Positions 25,613-38,000 of a stretch of 64,000 nt of DNA are shown piece after piece. Each line of letters starts with the position of its first letter. The first letter of the stretch is position 1. The stretch is from Klebsormidium nitens (lineage: Eukaryota; Plantae; Klebsormidiophyceae), in assembly GCA_000708835.1 (NCBI GenBank), contig DF237205.1, positions 56,601-120,600 on the forward strand, written 5' to 3'. The position numbers and the translations under genes are program-made. The notes below the pieces were generated by a model. The model made no database searches and was not told the DNA's origin. It saw only the letters and a list, made by a program, of their open reading frames with translations.

Positions 25613-28600
25613 ATGCCTTTCTTCGAGTTTCCGCATTTTGTCACGGGCGATCGATCCAAGATTAAGCCCGTCTTTTTGAACGATGAACAGTATGGATTGG
25701 CACTAGATTGCCTGGTGAAAGCTTGTACAGATCTTCTCGTTCTGGATGGAGACAGACCAGACTCCAAGGTAAATCTTTTGTTGCTCACATTGTGCCCTGT
25801 TCTGGAAATCCTACATAGACCTCTTGATTTCTTCAAATGGAACACCTGGTGAGAAAGTATATGTGATAGGATCAGTCTGGCAAGTCTCCCTTTCTTCCAG
25901 ATTGAGAGTGGCTGCGAAACTTGCATTACAATCTCTAAGGCAGCTGTTACTAATGCTGTATGAATCTGGGATGTCAGTGTGCATTCACCAGATCTTGCTG
26001 ATGATGTCAGCAACTTCAGGCCGCGCTTAAACCTGTGTTGTGCCTCTTTGAAGTCGAGTGCTGAAGAAGCCCCATTTTAACCCAATATCCTCTCATTAGA
26101 ATCGTATTGGACGTCAGCAGATCCTTACGGCTGCTTTGGCAACTTCCACCACAATCTTAATCTGGTTACATGGCTGCAAAACCTACTTCTCATTGTAGTG
26201 GTTCAGTAGTCCATCACTCTCACCCCCCGCAACTAACAGCTTGAATCTGGGTGCGTTTTGCGAACCTTTGGACCACTATAGATGGATTTGACCATCTCAT
26301 TTGTTGCACAAAACAAGCTCCCTTCCAACAGTCAAAAAGGCCTATTCCTTTGCCCTCCTTCTTTGGCTGTCTCTGGTCAACTTTGCACTGGCAGTGTTCA
26401 AAAAGCTCCCTCAATACTTGCAATCGCCGTTCTTTCAGAGGAACCCCCAGAAAGGGAAAACAAAGTTTCCTTTCCGTTGCATCTAGTCAAGCTGGAATCG
26501 AAGCCGCTGATTCTAAACGCTAAAAGGATAGTAGGGATAGTTACGAGATCAAGGCGTATCCACCAAACGTTGGGCCAATCAACCTGGGAATATCAATACT
26601 TTTCTACTTGAGCCAGTTACTGATTATCTTTTCTTGTGCAGGTCCTCCTCGGAAAGCGGATAGTAGAGCCTCAGCCGGACTGGTGGTTCATGGGCGGCCG
26701 GATGCGCTGCGGGGAGTCTCCAGAGGCGTCGGTGGTCCGGCTCGTGCGACGAGAGCTGCAACTAGACTTGGCGGGAGAACGGTTTCGGTGAGGTTTCACT
26801 TAGATTTCAGACATTTTATATCTAGTTGAAGTACGGATTCTCTAGATGTAGCTTGTTGTGGCCAATTGGTCCCAGCTCTTTTTAAAGCCCAATCGAGTCT
26901 TCCAATAGCGGCTCAGCTAGATGGAAGCTGGCAACCCAGACCATAAGATCTCTAGCATCTCATCTTGAGAAAGGAAGTATCCAAAATTAGCGTCGTGACT
27001 CTTCTTAAGTTGCCATCTTTTCAGCTCGTCCAGTTAAACGCATTTCTGTTGTGGTTTCTCCTAACAAAGTTACCGGTTGTCTTTGAATTGTTTACCGGTC
27101 TGGACATTGCCCTGTCGAACTTCACGAAGCTCCCTCCCGTCAAAGCTCCCACAACCAGTCTATCTTCCAAAGGCCTTGCCGAGAAAGCTCCACCCAGAAT
27201 TTGCCCCTCAACTTTGCGAGCCTTCTTCCCGGCAGGGCCCTCACGACCAATTCCTATGCGTGGGCGAAGCGTGAGCAACCTCCAAAGGAGAACGGCACGT
27301 GCGACATTTCAGTTGTGTTTACGCTCGTGCTGACGCCGGAGGAGGTGCGGACGATACACCTGGACGAGAAGGAGTACTCGGACGTCCGGTAAGGGGGAGT
27401 GGTTCTTTTGGCTCTAAACCTGTTCCGAATAGCTTGTATCTTCTGGCGTTCGGTTTGAGGGAGTTGTGTCCTCCGAAAGTTTCGATCCGAGGAGGCTGTG
27501 TTCTCCGAAAGTAGAAGTAAGCGAGCCTCGAACGCTTGCTCGGGGAGCGTTTCCACTCAGTCGAACGAGGCCCCACTGGGGATAAGCGGACAAAGAAAGT
27601 TGCGCATTGCTGAGTATCTGGTCATCTTTGGAGATCCATCACGGTGAGGTGGAATTTGGCGTTTCCGCGCTTCTGTATCGAAACGGATCGTTAAGATTCT
27701 TATCAGGCCCTTAGGTAGTTTATTCTGCTATACTTGCACTTGGACCCTTTTTTCGGTATAGGGGAAGACGCTATACTCGCTTCGGAAAGTCTTCCTTTCT
27801 TCATCCGTAACAATGGTCGTTCCAGAAACGGTCCCGAGCCTTCCAGCTTGTGTTGGGGCCTGGATGGATCATGCCACCACTTGTCCGCCCCGATCAAAAT
27901 GGAACCTGCTTTTCCCAGACGTGTTTACTTTCGGATTCAAGCATTTGAGCGGGCCCAAAGAAGGCGAAGCAATTGTAGGCGTGGTGGGATTGCAATGATG
28001 AGCAACCCGTCAAATGTGGAAGCTTCTCATACCGTCAACATTCTGATTGAGCTCCCCTTCTCTGCTCCTCAGGTGGTTCTCGATCGATGAAATTATTGCT
28101 GGGGACTTCCATCCAGCGTTGCGAAGTGCCGCCAGGTCAGTACACAAGTTTCTGGACCTCTTTCACTCAAAACTTGGTCTTAAACTCGTTTCGCTTTCGG
28201 AAGGTCTTCCCGAAGTGTCGGCGGCTTATGGCCTTGTGTGATTGGCACTGAAGTGCCTCGAGCAAACCCTCGTTGCCGCGAGCATTACCCTTCAAACAGA
28301 TTTTTGAAAAAGATAATTCGAGCCCCTCACTTCGCTGCTGTCGTCAGCCGCCGACCTCTTTTGCACACCAAGCTTTCTACTTTCTCTTCAAAAGTCGTTT
28401 ACCGTCCTCCTTCTGTCAGATTCGTCACTAGAAGACACGTTTGATCTTGTATCACGGTCTAAGAAAGTCGCTAAGAGTCTGGGCTCCAATGACCGTGCCT
28501 TTTAAGCGGTATGATCCCCGAAACGTCTCGGCCCGATGAGTGCGAGAGGCGTTTCTTCACGTGACCCGTACTTCTCCCCCGTACTCTGCAAGTGATTTTA

Positions 28601-29270
28601 GGTAGTAAGCTTTAAAAAAGAAACTGCACACTCCAATATTTCCTCGTCGACTTTTTCCGATTGAGTGACAAGATGTTTCCTTCCTTTGGAGTTCTTGTCA
28701 AGAGCCATTTAGGCAGATATACCTTTTCAAACGCTTTGACGGGATTGTTTGAAAGGTGCGCAGCAAAGGGTTGGCCGCTCGGGCTGAGAGATCGTTCCTT
28801 TGGTTGTTTGGACTGGTGATTCACAGGTCCCCGTCTTGCAAACTCCCGCGCAGATCAAATACGTATATTCCAAAGAAGCGCTCTATTCTGCCTCTATGCC
28901 CCCAATGAAAAGTCCTGCCTTCTGTCACCTTTTCGTTGTACTGCTGGTTCTACGGCAGCCCCAACCAAAGTTGCTGCCTTACCTTTCTGCTTATCCGCAG
29001 ATACCTTCGTTTCTTCTTTTTGAGGGGTGTCAAGTAATCTTACTTTTTGTATTATTTGTTTTGTTACGATGTTCGACAAGGAAATTGATGCCGTCCATCA
29101 ATACCAAGCAGTATGCTGACGGCTTGGCGTTACCCACTTGCAGAGACCTGAAAACACGACAGATTTTCGACAACCTCAAATCAGCGGTCGCAAATGAGTC
29201 TGATGACAAAAGCCTTGCATACGCTGCTCGGCATCTAGTAGCTTCCTGGGCCACCCGACCAGAACTCTAA
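25613..29270 (+). CDS. Nudix hydrolase, GDP-mannose mannosyl hydrolase (Gmm/NudD)-like, 214 aa
   Basis: Exons 25613-25768, 26642-26787, 27236-27388, 28073-28135, 29144-29270 (645 nt, in phase; last exon least certain). VLLGKRIVEPQPDWWFMGGRMRCGESPEASVVRLVRRELQL parallels the E. coli Gmm [41 protein letters not shown] variant Nudix box (RL in place of RE). Confidence 0.85.
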
Positions 29271-30761
29271 GATCAAGAGGTGGCCTTCCCATAATTGGAC
29301 AAAGTTGTATATTGCTCTTGTGAATCTAAATATTACGTCGTCTGGTTTCACAAAGTCTACATTTGAGCTGATGGAGATCTACGGATCTCTGCATTGCAAG
29401 ACCGTTGCATGCTCTTCAGAATTGCAAGCCGTCGAGGATGCATCAGTTGTTCGAAGATCGAGGCCAGCGACTCGGTATGCTCTTAAGAGAACAGCCATTC
29501 ACTCTGCCGCGTGCATGCTGGTGCTCAACGCTGCCACGTTCCAACCGGACAGTCCGGCCAGCGTAGACTGGCCGGGAGCAACAGAATGGAACTATATTTC
29601 ATCGAGTACGGTGCAAGAATTGAATGAGTTAGCTCAACGATGTGCACGTTCAGTGAATGATATCATAGTAAGGTAGGTACATCGACATCGGCCAGCGCGG
29701 CGGCCACGAGCTTGCACGTGTTGCGGGGCTAGGCTACATGTTGCATTCAATTATACGCTATGCAAAACGAAAAGCATATTGCGCTGTGTTGCTATGCAGC
29801 TTTGCGCACTCGACGAGCGTATCTTTAGTAAGTCCACAGATGACGTCTCTAGCAAAGACTGAGCATGGCATGCATGACGCGATATATGATTCCTCGGAGT
29901 CCGACCGTGTAAGTGGCCTTTATTATATATGCATGATTAAGCCTTTGCATATTGAGTCTAGGCCCGGCGCCTGCAATTTCGATCCAGATATACATATTTA
30001 GTTTACGCGACAAGTTTGCCACATGGCATACATATTATGCAAATCCAACGTGAGTCTGATAATTTGCACATAATGATACTGCCTGCGCGCGCCCATGCAT
30101 GACAGATCGGACGGTCCGCGGCGCGGGCAGCCATATATGCGCCGCTCGCTCAATCTGGGTACGTATATAGTTTTATATTGTTCATATTGATATTGTCATT
30201 GTTATTGTTTAGTGCCGAGCTAGCGGCCCTAGTCGGAACTCGACTTCTAAGTTAGTAGCGCGGCTGGTGCAGTGCACTGGCAACGCGATGATGTTCTAGT
30301 GCATGCGTAATATGTAGTATGTGGCGGCTAGCTTGACCGGACTGGCAAGACCACGTCCGTCCGAGCCGCTCAGTGGCCAGTAATCCCGATCGTTTGGTCA
30401 AGGCCCGCTGCATCAGAGGACATGCCAGTCATCGCGTTTCCACCAACTAGTCCCGGAGTCCGACTCATCCTAGTGACATGTACGAACCGGAGCTTCGGCG
30501 TCTACCAAGTCAATAGTGTGCCGACGGTGCTAAAAGTAGCATGCATGAATCAATCATGCAACATGCAAGGTATCATAGTACCAGCAAACGGCTTCGCCAT
30601 GATATCGTTGAATACGATTGCTGAAGATTTACAGTTGATCCAAGTCTTCGTTGTGTATTGTCAGCACCCCACGGATAGATTACAAACGCAAACGAAGCTC
30701 TGTATGTACAGAAGACGTTCCAATCTTACGGGAGTAACCAGCCTAGACACACTGAGGGCTA

Positions 30762-33073
30762 TCAAAAGCCAGGGCCCCGCCCTGAAATCTCGAACACCAC
30801 CTCCACCTGGCCTTTCCTAACACCAACTAGAAAGTCGTGACAGTTTACGGTCGGATCACAGTGCCCAGGAATTAGCCGGACCACTTCGCCGACCTTCGGC
30901 AATTGTACAGTCCCCTGCACCCCGCTTTTTGGCACGAGTATACCGTGCTCATCTCCCCCGTTTTCGACGTCGAAACATTTCCCCAAGGACCCAGCAAGCA
31001 GAGGCGGCCCGGAGTCGAAAGATGACGCCTTCAAGCCCGCGTCGATGACCGCGGTTCCGCGGGACGGGTTAACACTCATAACCGTGGTTTGAACGAAGAG
31101 GCTCTGCTGCCAGGGACAGTCGTTGCGGGCGTAGTCGGCGTCACCGAAGAGGTAGGAGCCGGGTTGGACCTGCCGGGGAAATAATAAACGGACGAAACGT
31201 GAGTGTGTGAGGCCGTTTGAAGAGGCCGGGGGTGACATAGACATACTAAAAAGGCCGCTGCCAACGTGAAGTTAGGAGCACGGGTTGAACTGTTGGAGAG
31301 GGAGAGAAAGTTGGGAGAATGGGTAGAAGCGCAATTAAGAACCCGGTTAGATCTGCGGGGAATTCAAAAAGCTAAAACGACCAAAGAAATGAACTATACA
31401 CAGAGCGGACCTGACTCGAAAGTGGTCATTATTTGGATGCGGTCGCAACAAACGAGCAGGTATTCCGGAGACTGAGGCGGTTTGGAGTCAAACACAGTTT
31501 TACAACTCCTGATTGAACCTTCAAGTCAAAATCAATCATCTTCACAGGTGACGGGATTGTAGGTGCCTGAAGGACCTCGACCTCCAAGGGGAAGTCTCAA
31601 CTGTTTCCATATTTCGGAGATGACTGATGACGCCAGCAAGAAGCAGCAAGAAGAGGGAGCTTTTTGTCGGCCAAAACACAAGCAGTACATCCGGGATAGC
31701 TTTCGGTCTGAACTGATTCGAACCTGGATTCGAAAAGTGGAAACCGTCAAAGACAAGGCCTGTTACAACCATCATTAAAACGGATGAGAACGAGTTCACA
31801 ATAACAAGAAGTTGTGACGTTGTGATGGCAACGCCGATACCACTCAGGCTACATAGAAATCCGTGTTTGGGTTTCTCCCCACCTCCGTGTAAACCCCGCT
31901 CGCAGCCTCGAACTCGAACGTCCCTGTGCCGCCCCCGGTGACCACCGGACACTCCAACCCCGCTTCTCGCAGCGCATCCACTGCTTCCCTCGCCTTAGCC
32001 ACAACTTTCTCCACTGCTAGTTGCCGCTCCTCCCGCTCCCTGACATGCTGGATTCCCCCATGATAGGCTTGGATCCCTGCAAACTCCAGTCCTGGAAGAG
32101 ACACTATCTCCTGTGCTAGCGCCACTGCTTCCGAGGGAGTGTCAACCCCGCAGCGGTTCTGACCGACGTTGACCTCCACCAAGACACCGATCTGCATTCC
32201 AGCCTCTGACGCGGCCGCGCTGATGTCACGCACGTTGGCGATGTCATCAGCACAGATGGAGATCTTGGCGTGTGTTGCCAGCTCAGCAAGCCTTTTCAGC
32301 TTCGGGCGCTGGACGATTTCGTTTGAGATCAGGACGTCCGGAACGCCCCCCGCGACCATTGCCTCCGCCTCCGCCAGCTTCTGGCAACACACCCCGACAG
32401 CGTCGTGCTTTTCTATCTGCATACGCGCTATTCCCGGCGACTTGTGTGCCTTGGCGTGGAGCCTTGGACGCGCATTTGGGTGCGCTTTCAGGAGAGAGTT
32501 CAGCGTGTCTATGTTCTGGTCCATGATGTCTAGGTCTACAACTAGTGCGGGGGTGTCTATTTCGGCCTCTGGTGTGCCAACACATGCTGGGGAACGCCTG
32601 CTGATCAGGTTCCAGCCAAGTGACGTTAGCAATTGCTTTTCAGATAAACTTGCTTCAGTGCCTGATGTTGCCATCGTGGTTACGAACCTATGGGACTGTG
32701 CTCTGACTTTGTGACCTCCAAAAACTAGGGCTGGGGGGGGGTTTCGCCGATTCCGAATGCACTTTGCTAATGAACCAGGGCGGCTGCTTTCTTGGGGGTG
32801 ACTGATTGTCCTGGCTTCCTGCTTCTGATCAAGGAACCCGGGTGAATCAAGGTGCAGTGTACAGAGAAGAGAAGAGTTACACTCAGCCGGCTTAATTCTG
32901 CTTTTTCCCCCTGTGAGCACTTCAGGTGGATAGTCTAAGCAGGATCTATCGTAGAAGAAAGCTGAACCTCTTCGTAGGGGCCCGATTACACGAGGACAGC
33001 TCTTGAAGAAGCTTCTTTGATGAACTCCAAACTGCACCAACGCATTACGAGTTATGGCAGACTGAATTGACAT
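30762..33073 (-). CDS. DTA: D-threonine aldolase / DSD1-like fold-type III PLP enzyme with long N-terminal extension (putative organellar transit peptide), 532 aa
   Basis: Two exons, 33073-31883 and 31169-30762 (phase 0). Motifs: IDTPALVVDLD, HAKAHK (PLP Lys), GVCCQKLAEAE, VEVNVGQNRCGV, GIQAYHG, VTGGGTGT, E|VQPGSYLFGD, DAGLKASSFDSG, DEHG, LIPGHCDPTVNCHD. Confidence 0.93.
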
Positions 33074-33477
33074 TGTCTGGCTGCCTGAATCTCACAGGAA
33101 GTCTGATGGCTTGACCACAAACTTTCCTCGGTGCCTCAATCCTTTATGTATGCTCAGGCCTTAGCGCGTGCTAGTGGTACAGGTTCTGAGGCAGTATTGC
33201 TACGTTCTGCCACGCCACTGGACCTTTCGAAGGAGTTTCAGCAGATACCATCAGAACAGCAAGCCCCTCCAAGCTCCTCCCAATAACCTCACATTCCGTC
33301 GAATCAAACGAGCGTGCTTACCACCCCTTGAGCCAATGTCAGCTCCAAAGAACTCCACATTGCACGTAAACTTGCGTTGTTTGAAGCGCCTTGGAAGCTC
33401 TTCTGCTCTTGAGTCAGGAGTCAAGGGTCAAATCTGAGAAAGGCATCAAGGAACTTCTAAAAACGCGTTTCGCATTT

Positions 33478-33494
33478 TAGGGTTTCAAACCCTA
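33478..33494. promoter_or_regulatory. Inverted pair of telo-boxes (TAGGGTTT-C-AAACCCTA) in the divergent DTA/arginase intergenic region
   Basis: Perfect 8-bp inverted repeat with 1-nt spacer seen directly; AAACCCTA is the plant telo-box consensus. Confidence 0.5.
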
Positions 33495-35084
33495 GGAGAC
33501 AGCCTTCTGGCAGAGGTTCTGAGTTCTGCACTTCGTCGCCACTGCCAGTGCAGAACTCATCTTGCTTGGAAAAGTTCCAAAAGTGAGGGTGCCCCTGGGG
33601 CGAAGACTTTCCCGCTCTGCAAAACGTTCTTCCTTCACAAGCTAGGATTCCATTTAAGGAGCTCCACCAATCAAATTTGACAGCTAACAGCGGCTGGGCG
33701 TACACCACTGAGGTGAGCCATGATGTGGCGCCTGGTCAATTTTGCTGAGGGAATGCTCTGAGCTCACTTGCAGCCTTTGGAGCTTGGTTTGATTGATTGC
33801 ACAAGTACCTTGGATTCAGCTCCACAGCTCAGTCAGCAATTCTGGGTTCCTGGTTTTCATTGCTCGAGCTTTCTCAAGATCATGATTCACGAGCATTATT
33901 AGGATCAAGATTCATTAAAGGAAAGCAATCGTTCAAGTTTACAGTCTGTGACTTTCTTTTGTAGACGGTAAAACAAGGAAGTCTACTTTTTGAGCTGTAT
34001 GCTTCTTTTCAAGGTGTCACTGTCAATTGAGGAGAAAAGTAATTTGATTGCATTTTCTATAGATTTTGAATCAGCACTTTCTCAGATGGTGGAAAATTGT
34101 TTCCTGAACTTGGCAGCATAGTCTGGCCTGATTAGAAACATTTCAAAAGGGCTGGCGTTGCAAGATTTAGGTGGCTTTGCCTGAGACCTAAACTTTGGAT
34201 AGGAGATTTACAATCAATGCCCTTTGACACCGATGGTAGTGGTGGTAATGATGGAAAAGTCTGGACGTTTCTGACAAAGGGTTTGTGGCTCTTTGATTTG
34301 TTACCAAGTGGCAGCCGTCAAACTTTTGTCACAGGGCATGCTTATTTACTCTCCAAAATCCTCATTCTCACAAGCTGGTTGCTGCCTTTGTCCCTTTGAC
34401 TCAATGTTCAATCTTCATTTTACCTTTGTGCTATGGCACCCACTAGCACATTCTTCATGCTGGTTTGCACGTCCCCTGATCCATCTGCCCGCTTGAAAGT
34501 CACATGTTTGTCCCAGATAATGATCCCTATGGGCTTGTCTAGCTGCATTTTGCGAGTGTTGTGATGAGAACTGAATGTGATTCATTTGCTCACTTCATCT
34601 TTATCCCCACTATGTATGTTTTTCTGGAATTCCAAGGCCATCTGATTCCATGCCTGGTACTCTTTTGTTTGTTACTCCGAGGTTGCTGACTTCTGGCTCT
34701 CGTTCTTCAATTTTGATTGCAAGTTCTCAGGTCATTCTAAACATTTGAGGCTCGCTCAAAACACATGTTTCCTCTACTTCAGCAACATCAAGGTCTACTC
34801 TTCTATCATTCAATTGCACCTGCCTCTTCAGAGCTCAGCATGAGGGCTCAATCTGCACTCTAGAACAGTGATTCCCAGTCTTCTGACACTGAACAGTCTG
34901 TCTTTTGCTGGTCCCTCTGATATTTTGTTTCTTGCCTCTGGTTTGCTGCTGGTTCCCCTTCAAGTCAAGAGCTTCTTTTTCCTTTCCAGCCGTCCAGTCA
35001 TCAACAGCTTACTCCCTTCTTCTCATATTCCAAATGTTTGGCAGGTTTTTGGAACACATTCTGACCTCTTCTCTGCAGTTTCAG

Positions 35085-38000
35085 ATGGCGGCCCGAGGCG
35101 CCCTCCTCCGGCTCTCGTCCAACTTCTTTAGCTCATATATCCCCTCCCTTAGACCCGCTCTTACAGCAACCGCTAGTGTATCCTGTCAGTCAACAGATCA
35201 TCCTTTCACAAACCAAGGGTTTAGCAGGGGTTTATGCACTGACGCCCCTGGACAAACTGAGTCAGCGCCTGGATTAAGCCAAAGCTCAAGCCAAGGTCTC
35301 AACCAAGGGACAAGCCAAAGGTTAATTCAAGGGTTTAGCAGGGGTTTGAGCACCGATGCAGCTGGGATGGGTCACACTGCCCCATACCGTCTCCGGCCAG
35401 AGAGCGTGCAGCGGGTTATCGAGGCAGCGCTAACCCTGGTTAGGGAACTGGTTCACCTGAAAGGCGAGACGGTTAAGCGGTTGGAAAAGGACGCAGAAAA
35501 AGTGCCGGCACTGCTGGGGCTGCCCCTGGGTCACAACTCATCCTTCCAACAAGGTACATTCTCTGCCACTTGTATTCCGCCACAAATGTCTGGCACTCAC
35601 TTTTTTACAAACTGCTAACTCGATTTCCTACAAACTGAAGCAATCCGGAGGAATCGTCAGTTTTCAGCTTTTCAACTCGGGTCCACAGAAACCGATGTAC
35701 TTAGCAAAGAGGTAGAACGAGTCTGTTCGGCGTAAGCACTTGTTCTCCTGACACGGTTGCTTTTGTCACGAGGACTGCCGATCAGCTTTTGACTTGATGT
35801 CTTTTAGGTTAGCCAAAGTAGCTATCTGGGGGCAGAAGGGATGCAAGGGCGCGATCGCAGTTCCTGAGGGGCTGCTTCCTCTAAAGTTGCCTCAGTCTTA
35901 GTCAGGAAACAGGAGACTAGGATGTCCAATTTCTTGACTCGCCCTTTCGCCATATCCTCTTGGTTGCTCTTCTCATGAGCCCTCAAAGCTGCTTTGTCCA
36001 ACTGTTTTGGATGGCCAAGCCGTTTATTACTTACAGGTTAAGAATTCCAAACAGGCACCGAAAGTACAGAAATCACTCTTTTCGAGACCCTAAGCGCTAT
36101 CCGTAACCGGCCTTACCCCTAAGTTTTGAGATGCTGCCAGGCCCTGCGTTTTTGCCCACACTGATCCGTACGAGCAAGTCGTGCCACAGCACCAACTCGT
36201 TCACTAAAAAAGGCACTGACCGAACGGGAAACCCAATGCTTTTCCCTTGTGACCCTTGCGTTGTCCTTTTACCGGTCTCAAAGCAGATTGTGTGTATGGA
36301 TTCTAGGCCCTGCGTTTGCCCCCGCCTTGATCCGTGAGAGCATGTGGTGCCACAGCACCAACTCCTTCACCGAGAAAGGCATTGACCTAAACGACATCCG
36401 AAACCTGGTCGACGTGGGAAACCTCCCGATCCAAGAGCTGCGGGACTGTGGAGTGGACGACAAGCAGCTGTTTGACGCCATCTCCTCAGCCGTCAAGATT
36501 ATCTACCAGCAGGTGGGTTGCGTTTCACGTTTGTGGAGTATGGACTTACACAAAGGAAGCTCTTGAATGACTCGCTTCGAACAGGAGTGAATCCTTTTCC
36601 CAAATCGCCAAAAAAAAGGTTTTGTGGAAAGCGTGGCGACCACTCGACTCGTATCCAATCTCCCTTTGTCGCAAAGTTTGATATGATACAAGGGTTTTCA
36701 GGTTTAGGGGCTGCGCATTGAGCATATGAAGCGCCTTCTTCATGATACTTTCCGTTCTGGATGTTGTCTCCGTTTCCAACATACTTCCAGAATTAAGAAG
36801 CGCGCAGGACCGGGCGCCACTCGGTGACTCGTACCCCAATACTCCTCTCGGAGGTTCCAATGGGCTTGATAAGAGGAGGTTTCTAAACGACTGCCGTTTT
36901 GAGGAGGTTCTCATTTCCTATTTCAGAAGCATCTACTTACCTAATTGAATAAAATTCTTGTTTGCAATCTCTAGAAACCCCTGTACCCGATCGTCATGGG
37001 TGGCGACCACTCAGTGACGTGGCCTGTCGTGCGCGGCGTGGTCGAGGCAGCGGGCCAGCCGGTCGACATCCTGCACTTCGACGCGCATCCCGACATGTAC
37101 GACTGCTTCGAAGGTGCGCGCGTGTTGCTACAGTTTCCTTGTCTCGTCTTCAGACTTCTCAAATTCGCGAGTTTGTTCCTTGTGTCAATCATGTCATTTT
37201 CTTCGATGTGCTTTTTTCGTTCGCGCGAGTGTTTCCTCTTGGATCGTCTGCTTCGTATTATGACTGAGGAATCAGACAGCTGGAAAAACAGATGCCCACC
37301 CTGACAGGTACGACTGCTTCAATTGTGCGCTCGTATTTTCTTTCTTTTGTTGCCCCTAGTCCAACTTTCTTCCGCAAGTGTCTCCTCTCGTCCCTCTAAG
37401 TTGCTGTTGGGAGTTGAAGTTCGTGGGGTGTCTCACCGTTCAATAGCAAAACTTTAATGCACGTGACGACACGTACGACTGCTTCGAAGGTGCGCGCAGA
37501 TGTCCTAGTCACCTTTCTCGTTCCTCTACACTCTGCCACCCCCTCTTTTTCCCGAGCTTTGTTCAAAAGGTAGAAACAACGGTTGTCATCGCTTTGGCGC
37601 ACACCCCGACACTTCCGACTGCTTCGAAGCCGTGCGCGCGCAACCTTTCATTCGCCTTTCCTGCTCCACATGTCGACCATTTCCGTTCACACAAATTAGA
37701 AATAGGGCTCCTTTGCAGCAGAAAATCGACGAAAATTCTGGTATGCGCGACTGATTCCTTGGTCCAAGCGCGCCGGTCGTCTTCTGGGCTTCGGTGCCTT
37801 GTTTTGTCCCTCTCCTCTTGTCCCCTATGGCAAAAGGATACGATGGACTTTGACGCCTCCGTTCACGCACTTGGACCATCCCAAAATTGCACCACTCCTT
37901 TCCATTTTCTCCCGTCTTGCATTCTCTTTTCATTCCTTTCTACTCACTCCACTCTCCATCTTACTGAGTTCTACTCGAGTTTATTTCGATCTTCGAAGGT

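Noticed and set aside
33478-33494. Telomeric repeat remnant
   Set aside because: Only single units in inverted orientation; better explained as promoter telo-boxes than as an interstitial telomere.
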